Origin: Deltaproteobacteria bacterium | GTDB lineage: Bacteria; Myxococcota_A; Polyangia; Fen-1088 | DNA: 64,000 bases | NCBI GenBank assembly: GCA_033763315.1 | Contig: JANRKS010000034.1 | Span: 320,355 to 384,354 of the forward strand | Direction of reading: 5' to 3' | Part shown: positions 27,580 through 36,993 of the stretch, in pieces | Layout of the letters: every line of letters starts with the position of its first letter | Numbering within the stretch: the stretch's first letter is position 1 | Program-made: the position numbers and the translations under genes | Notes under the pieces: generated by a model | What the model saw: only the letters and a program-made list of their open reading frames with translations | The model's database searches: none | Told to the model about the DNA's origin: nothing

Positions 27580-30417
27580 CTACTTTGCAACCTGTGTTGT
27601 TCGCTGCATCACGATCGAAGGATCCAACGGATAGCGGCCGAAGCTGGCACCGTAAACCGCTAGCCCCGTAGGTCGCTGGTCGGCCACCTCAAGTCGAACC
27701 TCGAATGTGCCCGCGGCCTTGCCGCTCGCCAAGGCCTTCGCCGTCAGCGGCACTTCCAAGCGGTAACCGTACGTGCCGGCGTCCCACAACCGCTTCTCGC
27801 CTGGTTGAAAGTGCCACGAGAGGATGCCTCTGTGATCCGCTGGATCGTCTGGCAGATCGAAGCGTCCTTGAAAGTCACCGTTGATCCAAACGTTCACCGC
27901 CCCTGCATCCACATAACGGTCCGTCATGGGATAAGCGTTTTTGTTCAAGGAAGGATCGTGCGCACCCGCACCGCGCATGTAGCTGCCCAGCGCCTCTGTG
28001 TTGGTGCCACGGTCTTTGCCAAGCGGCGGGCGCGTCGATACCTCAGCCAAGAACACGGCTGCGTTTGCCATTGCGCCGCCTTTGGGCAGCGGAATCGCGT
28101 ACGTGACGGAGCCCGTGCCAATGCCGGCGAATTTCTTGTCCCCCAGCACCACGTGGTGACCCTGGGAGAACTTTGCATCCTTAGCGCTGCCCACGGGTAC
28201 CGTGCTTACAGTCAAATCCCGATCTCGCAGGCTTGCCTTGCCATCAGCGGGCACGACGAACGTTGTGAAATTGCGCGCCAACACCACGCCGGCCGCATCT
28301 TCAAGTGCCACCGTGAACACCGCCACCGCCCGTTCATCGGGCATACGCACTTGCAAGGCGGGCAGCGGGCCAAACTGCCACGGCACAAACGTCAGCGGCC
28401 GCGTCGATTCGCTCCACACACGGTGGCGGGCGAGAGCATCCCATCCGTGTAGTTGTGTGCGCAAGTGAAGCTGCTTGCCGTGGCGGGCTTCGCTTTCGTA
28501 AAACGACGCCCACAAGGGCACTTGCACAGTCTCACCCGGCTTGCGCTGCTCACTCAACGTTTCACCAACCACAATGTAAATCGGCCTGTGCAGGTCGCGC
28601 AGGCTCATGCCTGGCATCAGCTCTTCAAGGCCTGTCTCTTTCGGTGTGCGATCAAAACGATAGTAGCCATTCCATTCGTTGATCACGTCGTGGTGTTCCG
28701 TGTAAAGCCAACCCGCCACCTTCGGATGCCGTCGAAAGGCATTGAGCCCCATGTGGTAATCCCAGCTCCAGTCGCAGTCACCCGTGTTGCCTTCGTAGCC
28801 CCACACGTTGCCGAACTCGCTGTTGAGCAGCGGCTGGTGGCCTTGCGTTTTGCCGGCAACGAAGTTCCAGGGCGAGCCGGGGTGCGTTTGTTCCACAACC
28901 TCCGCGATGTGCCGCTGCCAACGCGGACCAGCGAGATACTCGTGCCACGTGTTTAGATCCGTCACCACGTGATCGCGCAGGTTCGCGCTGTTGTCCTCGA
29001 TAAGCCGGGTCGGATCCAGGGCCTTGGCTTGCGCGAACACCTCTGCCACACGCGCCTGCGTGGCGGGCCGATACACCTTCTGCACGCCGTCCTTGTGCAG
29101 CAGGCCCCAGGTCTCGTTAAACAACACCCACGCAAAGATCGCAGGGTGGTTAAAGTCGCGCTCCATCATGCCCCGCATGGCCGTTGCGTGATCGCGAAAC
29201 ATAGCGTCGTCCGGATCGCCCCAGGCGTTCGGCACATCCGCCATGATCAAGACCCCTAGTTTGTCGGCCCAGTAAAGCTTGCGCGGCAGGGGCACCTTCA
29301 CGTGCACGCGCATTGTGTTCAGCCCCAGGCGGCGCGTGCGCTCGACATCTTCGCGAATGAAGTCGTCCGATGGAAAGGTGTAAAAGCCCGTGGGGTGATA
29401 CGCCTGATCAAGGACCATTTGCAGATAAACGGGTTTACCGTTGAGCGCCACGTAAGGGTGCCCTTGCGTCGGCAAATCGACCACGCTGATCGTGCGCATA
29501 CCAAAGTAAGTTTTCACCACATCTGCAGTGCGGCCCTCGGGTGCGCTCGTCACTTCGCAGGTGTATAGATGCGGATCTTCTAGAGTCCACAACCGTGGGT
29601 TGGGTACATCAAGCACGAGCGATGCCTCTTTTGCGCCCACGGGCACCGACGTCAGCGTGTGCAGTTCACCGCAGGTCAATGTCACTTGGCATGGCTCACG
29701 CGTCGCCTCTTGCAACCGCACCTGCAAGCGCACGCGTTCGTGCGCCGGTTCTGGATAGAACGCGATCCGCTGCACCGGCACGGGGCCCCGCGCTTCGAGG
29801 TAAGGGGTTTGCCAAATGCCACGAGCCTGCCCATAGCCCTGCTTGCCTTCGAGCTTGAAGGCCCGCGGGGCGTCGTCAACGTGGATCACCAACACATGCT
29901 CGCCGGCCCCGAACTGTGTCAGCTCAAACTCGAAGGGTGTGTAGCCGCCCTCGTGTACGCCAAGCTTTTGGCCATCGAGCCACACCGTGGTGCGCCAGTC
30001 GCTGGCGCCGATTACGAAGAAGACTCTTTGTCCTTCCCACGCCCCAGGGATCGTTATTCGCTTGCGATACCAAGCATAGTCAGCTTGCCCTTCGACGCCC
30101 GAAAGCGGGGCCGCCCACGAAAACGGCACCATGATGCTTCGATCAAAGGCCGCTCCTCCTCGAAACCACTCGTGCGCTTCACCTTCATTGGCCGGGTCAA
30201 GCGCGAAATCCCAAACACCATTTAGGTTCACCCAGCGCTCGCGTTCGAAATCAGGGCGCGGGTGTTCGGGCAGCGGCTGCGCCCGCGACACGGTTGCACG
30301 AGCATCGGGCAATGACGCCTGCGGTGCAGGGAGCGCCGTCCGTGCCTGCGGCGGAGTTGAAGTGGCACAGGCCGCCAGCGCGACCGCGTAAACGTAGAGC
30401 CAAGGGGGGCGGGTCAT
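27580..30417 (-). CDS. Glycoside hydrolase family 2 lipoprotein
   Basis: Lipobox LAAC; PEHPRPDF, NLNGVWDF, HEGGYTPF, GIWQT, FGMR, LNGKP, LDQ.Y.P, R.HVK, RDFNHPAIFAW..FNETWG, DPTRL, NSEFG. Confidence 0.9.
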   Translation of the reverse strand: MTRPPWLYVYAVALAACATSTPPQARTALPAPQASLPDARATVSRAQPLPEHPRPDFERERWVNLNGVWDFALDPANEGEAHEWFRGGAAFDRSIMVPFSWAAPLSGVEGQADYAWYRKRITIPGAWEGQRVFFVIGASDWRTTVWLDGQKLGVHEGGYTPFEFELTQFGAGEHVLVIHVDDAPRAFKLEGKQGYGQARGIWQTPYLEARGPVPVQRIAFYPEPAHERVRLQVRLQEATREPCQVTLTCGELHTLTSVPVGAKEASLVLDVPNPRLWTLEDPHLYTCEVTSAPEGRTADVVKTYFGMRTISVVDLPTQGHPYVALNGKPVYLQMVLDQAYHPTGFYTFPSDDFIREDVERTRRLGLNTMRVHVKVPLPRKLYWADKLGVLIMADVPNAWGDPDDAMFRDHATAMRGMMERDFNHPAIFAWVLFNETWGLLHKDGVQKVYRPATQARVAEVFAQAKALDPTRLIEDNSANLRDHVVTDLNTWHEYLAGPRWQRHIAEVVEQTHPGSPWNFVAGKTQGHQPLLNSEFGNVWGYEGNTGDCDWSWDYHMGLNAFRRHPKVAGWLYTEHHDVINEWNGYYRFDRTPKETGLEELMPGMSLRDLHRPIYIVVGETLSEQRKPGETVQVPLWASFYESEARHGKQLHLRTQLHGWDALARHRVWSESTRPLTFVPWQFGPLPALQVRMPDERAVAVFTVALEDAAGVVLARNFTTFVVPADGKASLRDRDLTVSTVPVGSAKDAKFSQGHHVVLGDKKFAGIGTGSVTYAIPLPKGGAMANAAVFLAEVSTRPPLGKDRGTNTEALGSYMRGAGAHDPSLNKNAYPMTDRYVDAGAVNVWINGDFQGRFDLPDDPADHRGILSWHFQPGEKRLWDAGTYGYRLEVPLTAKALASGKAAGTFEVRLEVADQRPTGLAVYGASFGRYPLDPSIVMQRTTQVAK

Positions 30418-30486
30418 CGTGTGGAACGTAACATACGAGCGCATGCTGAGCCGCGCGGAGATCCGAGACAGTGTTATGCTCGGTAG

Positions 30487-33459
30487 GTGTATTTTCCTCG
30501 GCTTTCCCTTGCGTTGGCTCTCGCCTTCATAGGTACCAAGGCGGCGGCGGCCAGCGACGCTTTCGTTGTGCAGAGCTCGTGGCACCGCACGCAAAAGGTG
30601 TTCGCTCTTGAACAAACGGACGATGGTGTCCTATGGGCCGGCACTGACGGCGGGTTGATACGTTACGACGGCAGGGATTTTGTGACCCTGACCTCCTCGC
30701 AGCACCCGGAGTTGCGGAGCAACGTTGTCACATCGTTGTGGAAGGACGCGGATGGGGCCCTTTGGCTAGGCCTAGACGACGGTCAAGGCGTTGCGCGTTT
30801 GTCCCAAGGGCGCGTTGAATCCATAGACACAGGAGACGCGCTTGCGGGCAAGCGTGTGCTTGCCCTCGTGGCCAGCGGTTCGCGCTTGTGGGTGGGGACT
30901 TCAGCGGGCCTCTTCCAGGTCGATGTAGGGAGAAAACCCGTTTGCCGACAGATGAAGGAAGTGGGCAACGTGGCCGTGTCCGCTATCAAGCCTGTTGCGG
31001 ACGGAAGTTTGTGGGTGGGGGCGCAAAGCGGTCTGTTCAAAGCGCAGGGCAACACCTTTACGCGCACTGGTAACTTCGGTCCCATCCAGGCCATCACCGC
31101 GGACCATCTCGGAAATGTGTGGGTTTCGGACGCTGAGGTTGGCGTTTATAGAATCACCCGCGCAGGTGAGGCGACTCTGGCGATGGCCACGAACGCCGCA
31201 CATTCGGGTGGCGCTGGATTCACAGCGTTGGCAACCGATGGTAAGGACAACGTGTGGGTCGGCTGGGAGGGAGGCTTTGGCAGGCTCGCGGAAGGCGAGC
31301 TGGCGCAGGTGTTCTCGAACGGTTTGTCGACCGTGGCGCTGCTGCCCGATCGCGAAGGGGGCGTGTGGGTGGGCACGTTCTGGGGCGTCGTTATACGTGT
31401 GTTTCGCCCGCGGGTAAGAACGGAAGTCCACGCGGCCGGCGACGAGCCCAAGGTCGTCTTCGGTTTGGCCGCAGACAAGCAAGGCGCGCTTTGGCTTGCG
31501 CAGGTTAAGTCCGTTGTGAAAACGACACCGACCGGCATACGTCGTTATGAATCCGGAAAGGATTTGCCCACTTGGTGTCCACGCAGTCTCTATCCAGCCC
31601 GAACAGGCGGCATGTGGCTGGCCACCTGTGACAAAGGATTGTTTCGCATAACCGGCGATGCCTTTGAATCACTTGGCCCCGACGGACCAGACGCGTTACG
31701 CAACATCCAAACTCTCTTCGAGGATGACGAAGGCGATCTTTGGTTGGGCACGGTGGCTGGGGAGCTTTATCTGCGCAGCCACGAGCAAACCACACTCATG
31801 CCTTTGGCAAATGGCACGTGTGATCCAAACCGGCGCAATTTAGGAAAAACGCCGCGCGTGGACGACGAATGCAGGTTCTCTCCCACCGCCATCATTCGGG
31901 CCGAGGCGGGTGGTGTGTGGGTGGCCTTGCGGCGCAATGGCCTGCGCCGCGTCTGGAAGGGAGGCAGCATCGCCTTGTCGAAGAGTGAGGGGCTGCCAAC
32001 GAACGATCTCAATGCGCTGTATGAAGATCGTGCACACACCTTGTGGATCGGCACGCAAGCGCACGGCTTGGTGCGCTATCGAGACGGCGTCTTCAAGCTT
32101 TTTGATCGGGCCTCCGGCCTGGGCGCGCAGAGCGTGCACGGCATTGCCGAGGACGATCGAGGTCAGTTATGGATGAGCGGAGAGAACGGTGTTTTCCGCG
32201 TGGCAAAGCAGAATTTGGAAGACTTTGCTGCGGGGAAAACCGATCGGATCATGAGTTATACCTATGGCACCGCCGATGGTTTGGCTTCTCCTATCACGGT
32301 GCAGTGTTTCACCTCGCCGCTTGTTTTTAACGCGGGCGTTGTCGCTGTTCCCCTCGATATGGGCCTTGGGCTCATCGATACGAACGCGGTGGATCAAACA
32401 GCCGGCTTCGCAAAGGTCATCCTCGAATCGGTTCGCGTCAACGGTGTTTTGTCGACGGTCACGCAAGCTCAGAAATTCGATCTTCCGCCGGGCGCTTTGG
32501 GTGCGCTTGAATTCAAATTGAGCGTGCCGAATTTCGACGTGCCCCACCGCGTGGACATCGAATACCGCTTGCTGCCGAAGTATCCCAAGTGGTTGCAGGC
32601 CGCGGGCGAACGGGTGGTTCGTTTTTCCGATCTGCCACCCGGCAGGTATCAGGTGGAGGCGCGGCCGGTTTTGGATGGGCGTTCATGGGGAGACTCGACG
32701 CTCGCGCCCGAGGTGCGCCTGCGGGGCTTCCGTGAACGGCCCATGTTTTGGCTGCTTGTCGCCGTGGCGTTCTTGCCCGTTCTCGCCCTGGTTGTGATCT
32801 TGCGCTTGCGCTATCTGCGCATCAAAACCGATGCCATCTTACAAGAACGCGGTCGTGTGGCGCGTGAGCTTCACGACACGCTTGCACAGTATTTCACCGG
32901 CATTTCTTACCAACTGGCTAGGTTGACGGAGGCCATCCCAACGAATCCCGCGGTGGCGGACAAGATAGCCGAGGACACCAAGATGATCTTATTGCAGTGT
33001 CGCTTGGAGACGCGACAGGCGATCCACGATCTGCGTTCATCGGACACCGACGACCACAGCGTGGTGAAAAGCCTCAAACGCCTGGCCGACGAAACGCGTT
33101 TGTCAGGAGACATCAACGTGGATTTCGTTTTGCGAGGGGAAGAGTGGCCATTCGAGGAGCGCGTCTTTCGACAACTGACGAGGATAGCGCAAGAAGCCAC
33201 AGTCAATGCGTTGTCTCATTCGCAAGCGAGCTGCATCACGATGACGCTCGACTTCTCGCCGAGCGAGTTTGTATTGCAAATCAGCGACGATGGTGAAGGG
33301 TTTGATCTCGGCGCGGGGGCCAAGCCGCTGCATTTCGGCTTACAAGGCATCAAAGAGCGTGCTGACGTTATCGGAGCGCGGCTTTCCATCACTTCCAGCC
33401 TTGGCAGCGGAACCGAAATCAAAGTCACGCTTGTTGCTCCAGGGCAGCCTGTTGAATGA
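30487..33459 (+). CDS. Sensor histidine kinase: periplasmic Reg_prop beta-propellers, Y_Y_Y, TM, HisKA_3/HATPase
   Basis: Repeated D..G.LW.GT..GL blades; YRL...W...FSDLPPGRY.VEAR; TM helix; ERGRVARELHDTLAQ, QEATVNALSH, DDGEGFD, FGL.GI.ERA. Confidence 0.92.
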   Translation: MYFPRLSLALALAFIGTKAAAASDAFVVQSSWHRTQKVFALEQTDDGVLWAGTDGGLIRYDGRDFVTLTSSQHPELRSNVVTSLWKDADGALWLGLDDGQGVARLSQGRVESIDTGDALAGKRVLALVASGSRLWVGTSAGLFQVDVGRKPVCRQMKEVGNVAVSAIKPVADGSLWVGAQSGLFKAQGNTFTRTGNFGPIQAITADHLGNVWVSDAEVGVYRITRAGEATLAMATNAAHSGGAGFTALATDGKDNVWVGWEGGFGRLAEGELAQVFSNGLSTVALLPDREGGVWVGTFWGVVIRVFRPRVRTEVHAAGDEPKVVFGLAADKQGALWLAQVKSVVKTTPTGIRRYESGKDLPTWCPRSLYPARTGGMWLATCDKGLFRITGDAFESLGPDGPDALRNIQTLFEDDEGDLWLGTVAGELYLRSHEQTTLMPLANGTCDPNRRNLGKTPRVDDECRFSPTAIIRAEAGGVWVALRRNGLRRVWKGGSIALSKSEGLPTNDLNALYEDRAHTLWIGTQAHGLVRYRDGVFKLFDRASGLGAQSVHGIAEDDRGQLWMSGENGVFRVAKQNLEDFAAGKTDRIMSYTYGTADGLASPITVQCFTSPLVFNAGVVAVPLDMGLGLIDTNAVDQTAGFAKVILESVRVNGVLSTVTQAQKFDLPPGALGALEFKLSVPNFDVPHRVDIEYRLLPKYPKWLQAAGERVVRFSDLPPGRYQVEARPVLDGRSWGDSTLAPEVRLRGFRERPMFWLLVAVAFLPVLALVVILRLRYLRIKTDAILQERGRVARELHDTLAQYFTGISYQLARLTEAIPTNPAVADKIAEDTKMILLQCRLETRQAIHDLRSSDTDDHSVVKSLKRLADETRLSGDINVDFVLRGEEWPFEERVFRQLTRIAQEATVNALSHSQASCITMTLDFSPSEFVLQISDDGEGFDLGAGAKPLHFGLQGIKERADVIGARLSITSSLGSGTEIKVTLVAPGQPVE

Positions 33460-33503
33460 CAAGTGTTCGGGGTGCCCGTTGGTTCTATCGCGGTTGGCTC
33501 TAA

Positions 33504-33517
33504 TTCACAGGTGTTAA
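33504..33517. promoter_or_regulatory. Candidate operator TTCAC-AGGT-GTTAA
   Basis: Intergenic, upstream of the HTH gene at 33609; 1 mismatch to consensus. Confidence 0.55.
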
Positions 33518-33608
33518 GTCATGTGCGCTAATGCATGACTTCCGCTGTGACGGCGCCTGGGCAAAGCACTACCATTGTCGAAGAACCTCACTGAGGAAAG
33601 GCTTCGAT

Positions 33609-33995
33609 ATGGCTTCTTTTCCTACAACCATGTCTGTTCCAGCGTTGCAGAAGGGGCGACGTCGGCGCTTTTCGGAAGACGAAAAGCGTACGCTTTTGAC
33701 TGAAGCGTTTCTTAACAACGAAACGCTTTCCGAACTTGGGCGACGATACAACATTGCCGTGGGCCTGCTATTTCGGTGGCGGCGACACTTGGGCGTCACC
33801 CGGGCGTCTGTCGCTGTGCAGCCGTCGGCATCCGAAGCGGCAAGCCAGGCCGCGGACCAGCGGCTGGCCGCGCTTGAGCATCGTTTGAATGTCTTGATGA
33901 AAGACAATTCCGTATTGCATCAAAGGTTGGCACACATGGAGTCGGTTGCCCAGGCCGGCCAAAGCCTAAGCGCATCGAGCGAGGCATCGCACTAG
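33609..33995 (+). CDS. Stand-alone transposase-OrfA-like HTH protein (IS66 TnpA / IS3 OrfA type) with coiled coil
   Basis: RRRRFSEDEK..L..A...ETLSELGRRYNIAVGLLFRWRR, then LAALEHRLNVLMKDNSVLHQRL; GAGGA RBS; no catalytic transposase gene adjacent. Confidence 0.7.
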   Translation: MASFPTTMSVPALQKGRRRRFSEDEKRTLLTEAFLNNETLSELGRRYNIAVGLLFRWRRHLGVTRASVAVQPSASEAASQAADQRLAALEHRLNVLMKDNSVLHQRLAHMESVAQAGQSLSASSEASH

Positions 33996-34093
33996 ACATC
34001 GCCCTTCGCGCTTCCCGCTGTTCAACGCAGAAAGTCGCCTCTGGCAATCTGGCCGAGGAGGCGAAGAGACAACCCCCGTCTGGAGATCTACGC

Positions 34094-35095
34094 ATGATGT
34101 TTCGCGTACTGTTTCGGCTCGCTCCTATAGTGATCAGTTTGTCGGTGTTGAGCTGCGGACGTGGATCCGATGCCGGCCCGGAGGGCGATGGTGGAGGGGG
34201 TGGAAGCGGCGGTGCAGAAGGTGGCCAGGGCGGCGAAGAGTCGCCCGCGGGTTCGGGCGGTATGTCAGCCTTGGGTGGGGCAGCAGCCGGCCCAGGAGGC
34301 GCTGGTGGGGCGGCAAGTGGCGGCACGGCCGGCAGCGGCGGTGTGGCGGGCGCGCCGGCCATTGGTGGGGTCGGTGGTGGTGGTGCGATGGGTGGAGCCG
34401 CAGTCGCGGGCGCGTCGAAGTGTGGCGCATTCGCGGTGTGCGACGACTTTGAATCCTCCGTGCCAGGGCCGTTGCCGAGTGGCAAGTGGCAAATTGAGGG
34501 CGGCGATGCCAAATCGTATTCCATCACGGAGGAACAGAAGCATTCTGGATCGCGCAGCGTGAAGATCACGAACGAAGCATCGTCGCCCGATCGTATGCTG
34601 AAGATCTCTGGTCTCGACAGCATGGTCGCGGGGGGGAAGACCGTGTTCGGGCGCGTTTGGATGTATTTTCCTTCGCTGCCGCAAGTCAGCCGAGAAGGCG
34701 CAGGCCCACACTACCGCTTGCTGCGTTTTTTTGAGCTTGGACCAACGGGCGCGGGAGCCGTGGTTTCGGCAGGGATCGTTGGCAGCGATCGAGGTCGTAT
34801 GCTGTATTTCAGAGCGGCTGGATTCAAGGATTGCGCAAAGGATGCCGCCACGCTGCCTTCAGGCAAGTGGGCTTGTGTTGAGCTGCGCGCCGACGTGAAC
34901 GGATACGAAGCCTGGATCGATGGAAAATCCATGGGTGCAGCCAATGCCGTCGCGGGCGATGAATGCTGGCAAAAGCACTCGAAGGTGACCTCCGCTGGCT
35001 TTGGTTTTCAGTTTGCCGCTGGAAACCTTGATAAACCGTTTACCTTCTATATGGACGACATTGCTCTTGATACGCAACGCATCGGCTGCAACTGA
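34094..35095 (+). CDS. Gly-linker lipoprotein with Cip1-like / polysaccharide-lyase-like beta-jelly-roll domain
   Basis: Lipobox VLSC; long Gly linker; CDDFE, HSGSRSVKI, FGRVWMY, P.GKWACVE, DDIAL..QRIGC. Confidence 0.7.
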   Translation: MMFRVLFRLAPIVISLSVLSCGRGSDAGPEGDGGGGGSGGAEGGQGGEESPAGSGGMSALGGAAAGPGGAGGAASGGTAGSGGVAGAPAIGGVGGGGAMGGAAVAGASKCGAFAVCDDFESSVPGPLPSGKWQIEGGDAKSYSITEEQKHSGSRSVKITNEASSPDRMLKISGLDSMVAGGKTVFGRVWMYFPSLPQVSREGAGPHYRLLRFFELGPTGAGAVVSAGIVGSDRGRMLYFRAAGFKDCAKDAATLPSGKWACVELRADVNGYEAWIDGKSMGAANAVAGDECWQKHSKVTSAGFGFQFAAGNLDKPFTFYMDDIALDTQRIGCN

Positions 35096-35102
35096 AACAG
35101 GG

Positions 35103-35116
35103 TTACCAAGTGTTAA
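35103..35116. promoter_or_regulatory. Candidate operator TTACC-AAGT-GTTAA
   Basis: Intergenic, 65 bp upstream of module 3; followed directly by another TTAAC half-site. Confidence 0.55.
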
Positions 35117-35180
35117 TTAACGAGTTGCCGCGCCGCCGCTTCTTGGTGCAGTTCCTGTAACGCAGGCTTAGGCTTGATCC

Positions 35181-36992
35181 ATGCAGCCGGTAGTTCGAGG
35201 GCTCATGGTTCTGTCGTTGTTTGCCTTTGTGGGAAGCGTCGTGCCTGCGTGCACAGGGACGGTCAGCGGAACGTTATCTCGGGATGGCGAAGATCCCGAA
35301 ACGGAAAACCCTGACAATCCACTTGGGCCCAACCCCGTTGACGGCGATCCCAGCGATCCCAATTTCGTGCCGCCACGGTACACGTGCGACGCAAAGGCCA
35401 GCCCCAAGCAACAGCCGTTGCGACGGCTCACGCGCACCCAGTTCCTGAACACCATCAACGCTGTTGTCACTGAGATAGCCGGCGCCGGCGCGGCAGACGT
35501 GCTTAAAGCTGTGGCCGCGCAGCTCGATAAATTTCCTCCGGATAAATACACCTCGGAACACAACAAGGGTCGCGATGGCTTCCTGCGTGCCGACATGGAG
35601 GTTTCACAACTGCACGCTGACGTGCATCTTGATATCGCAATAGGGCTCGGCAAGGCGTTGACCGCCACGGCCACGCAAAGGTCCGCTTTGTTTGGTCCCT
35701 GCGCCACCGACAGCAACACGGCCAACGACACGGCATGCGTCGATGACTTCATTCGCAAGGCGGGGCCGATCATTTTGCGTTCACCCGTAATCGATGCCGA
35801 CGTGGCTTTGTACCGCAAGGCCATGCGGGGCACGACGGCCTCGCCCGAAGCGCTCGCGGACGTTGTGGCGCTGTTGTTTTCGTCGCCCCGCGTTCTTTAT
35901 CACGTTGAAAGCCAATCCACCGTAGATCGACTTCCCGCCTTCGAGCTGGCGTCGCGGCTCGCGTATCAAATTTGGGATGCACCGCCAGACAAAGAGCTGC
36001 GCGAGGCAGCCGCGCGCGGCGCTCTCGATGATTCAGACGGATACCGCGACCAAGTCGTGAGGATGCTGGCTTCGCCATTGGCCGGTGCAACCATGGAAAG
36101 GTTTGTGGAGCAGTGGTTATCGCTATACACAGCGCCCGACCTCACGTCGGCGCTCGGTTTTGCCGATTACAAGTCACTGGTGGGTGATGCCGCTCCCACC
36201 AAGAGCGCCACGGAGGGAATGCGGGAGGATGTCATTGGACTGGTTCGCGCCATTTTCGAGGAAAAGCGCCCCATGATGGAGTTGCTCACGGACCGCCGCG
36301 TTTACACAAAAGATCCGTTCGTAAACAAGATCTATGGCACCACGCCAGGCAGCCCGGCCTTACCGAACTCAGACTTGCGCGCAGGCCTCGTCACCCGCCC
36401 GGCGTTCGTCGCATCAGGTGACTATTCGACGCATCCCATTCTCAAAGGCGTTCGCCTTTACAAACAGGTGCTTTGCCAGCACATAGCCGATCCTCCGGCC
36501 GACGTGTTCGATAACATCAAAGCGGCCCCGCCCATGGGTCCCATGTCCTCGCGCATGGAAGCCGAGTCGCTCACCGCGCCGGGCGGCTGTCAAGGTTGCC
36601 ACCGCGTCTTGAACCCGCTTGGTTTCGCCACAGAGAATTTTGATAGCTTGGGCCGCGAACGCCGGGAAGAACGCATCTTTGACAAAACGGGCAAGCTCGT
36701 TCAAACGATGCCGGTCAACGCAAGCATTGTGACGGAGATGGAGGGCTCGGGGCAGGTCACCATAAATGGACCTGTGGATCTGGTGAACACGATCAGCCGC
36801 AGCCGCATGATGGAAGCGTGTTTTGGAGTGCAATACTTCCGCTATACGTTTGGCAAGGTGGCCGAGGACCCCGACGTCGATGGGTGTGCGCTTTCGGCTC
36901 TTGAGAAAACCGCTCGAAGCGGTGGCACCTTCCAAGACCTCATCGCAACGATGGTTCAATCACAAGCCTTTGCTCACCGGGGAGTGGATTAA
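35181..36992 (+). CDS. DUF1592/1588-family heme-c lipoprotein, module 3
   Basis: Lipobox VPAC; LRRLTRTQF.NT, SSPRVLYH.E, FELASRLAY..W..PPD, RAGLV, QVLCQ...DPP, CQGCH..LNPLGF..ENFD.LGR.R. Confidence 0.9.
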   Translation: MQPVVRGLMVLSLFAFVGSVVPACTGTVSGTLSRDGEDPETENPDNPLGPNPVDGDPSDPNFVPPRYTCDAKASPKQQPLRRLTRTQFLNTINAVVTEIAGAGAADVLKAVAAQLDKFPPDKYTSEHNKGRDGFLRADMEVSQLHADVHLDIAIGLGKALTATATQRSALFGPCATDSNTANDTACVDDFIRKAGPIILRSPVIDADVALYRKAMRGTTASPEALADVVALLFSSPRVLYHVESQSTVDRLPAFELASRLAYQIWDAPPDKELREAAARGALDDSDGYRDQVVRMLASPLAGATMERFVEQWLSLYTAPDLTSALGFADYKSLVGDAAPTKSATEGMREDVIGLVRAIFEEKRPMMELLTDRRVYTKDPFVNKIYGTTPGSPALPNSDLRAGLVTRPAFVASGDYSTHPILKGVRLYKQVLCQHIADPPADVFDNIKAAPPMGPMSSRMEAESLTAPGGCQGCHRVLNPLGFATENFDSLGRERREERIFDKTGKLVQTMPVNASIVTEMEGSGQVTINGPVDLVNTISRSRMMEACFGVQYFRYTFGKVAEDPDVDGCALSALEKTARSGGTFQDLIATMVQSQAFAHRGVD

Positions 36993-36993
36993 T

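Noticed and set aside
33531-33995. Complete IS3/IS66 element
   Set aside because: No DDE transposase downstream and no terminal inverted repeats recognised.
33796-34623. Pro-rich antisense ORFs (also 22350-22664, 38650-39123, 39610-40104, 40637-41011, 55733-56407)
   Set aside because: Reverse complements of Gly-rich linkers; shadow ORFs expected in GC-rich DNA.
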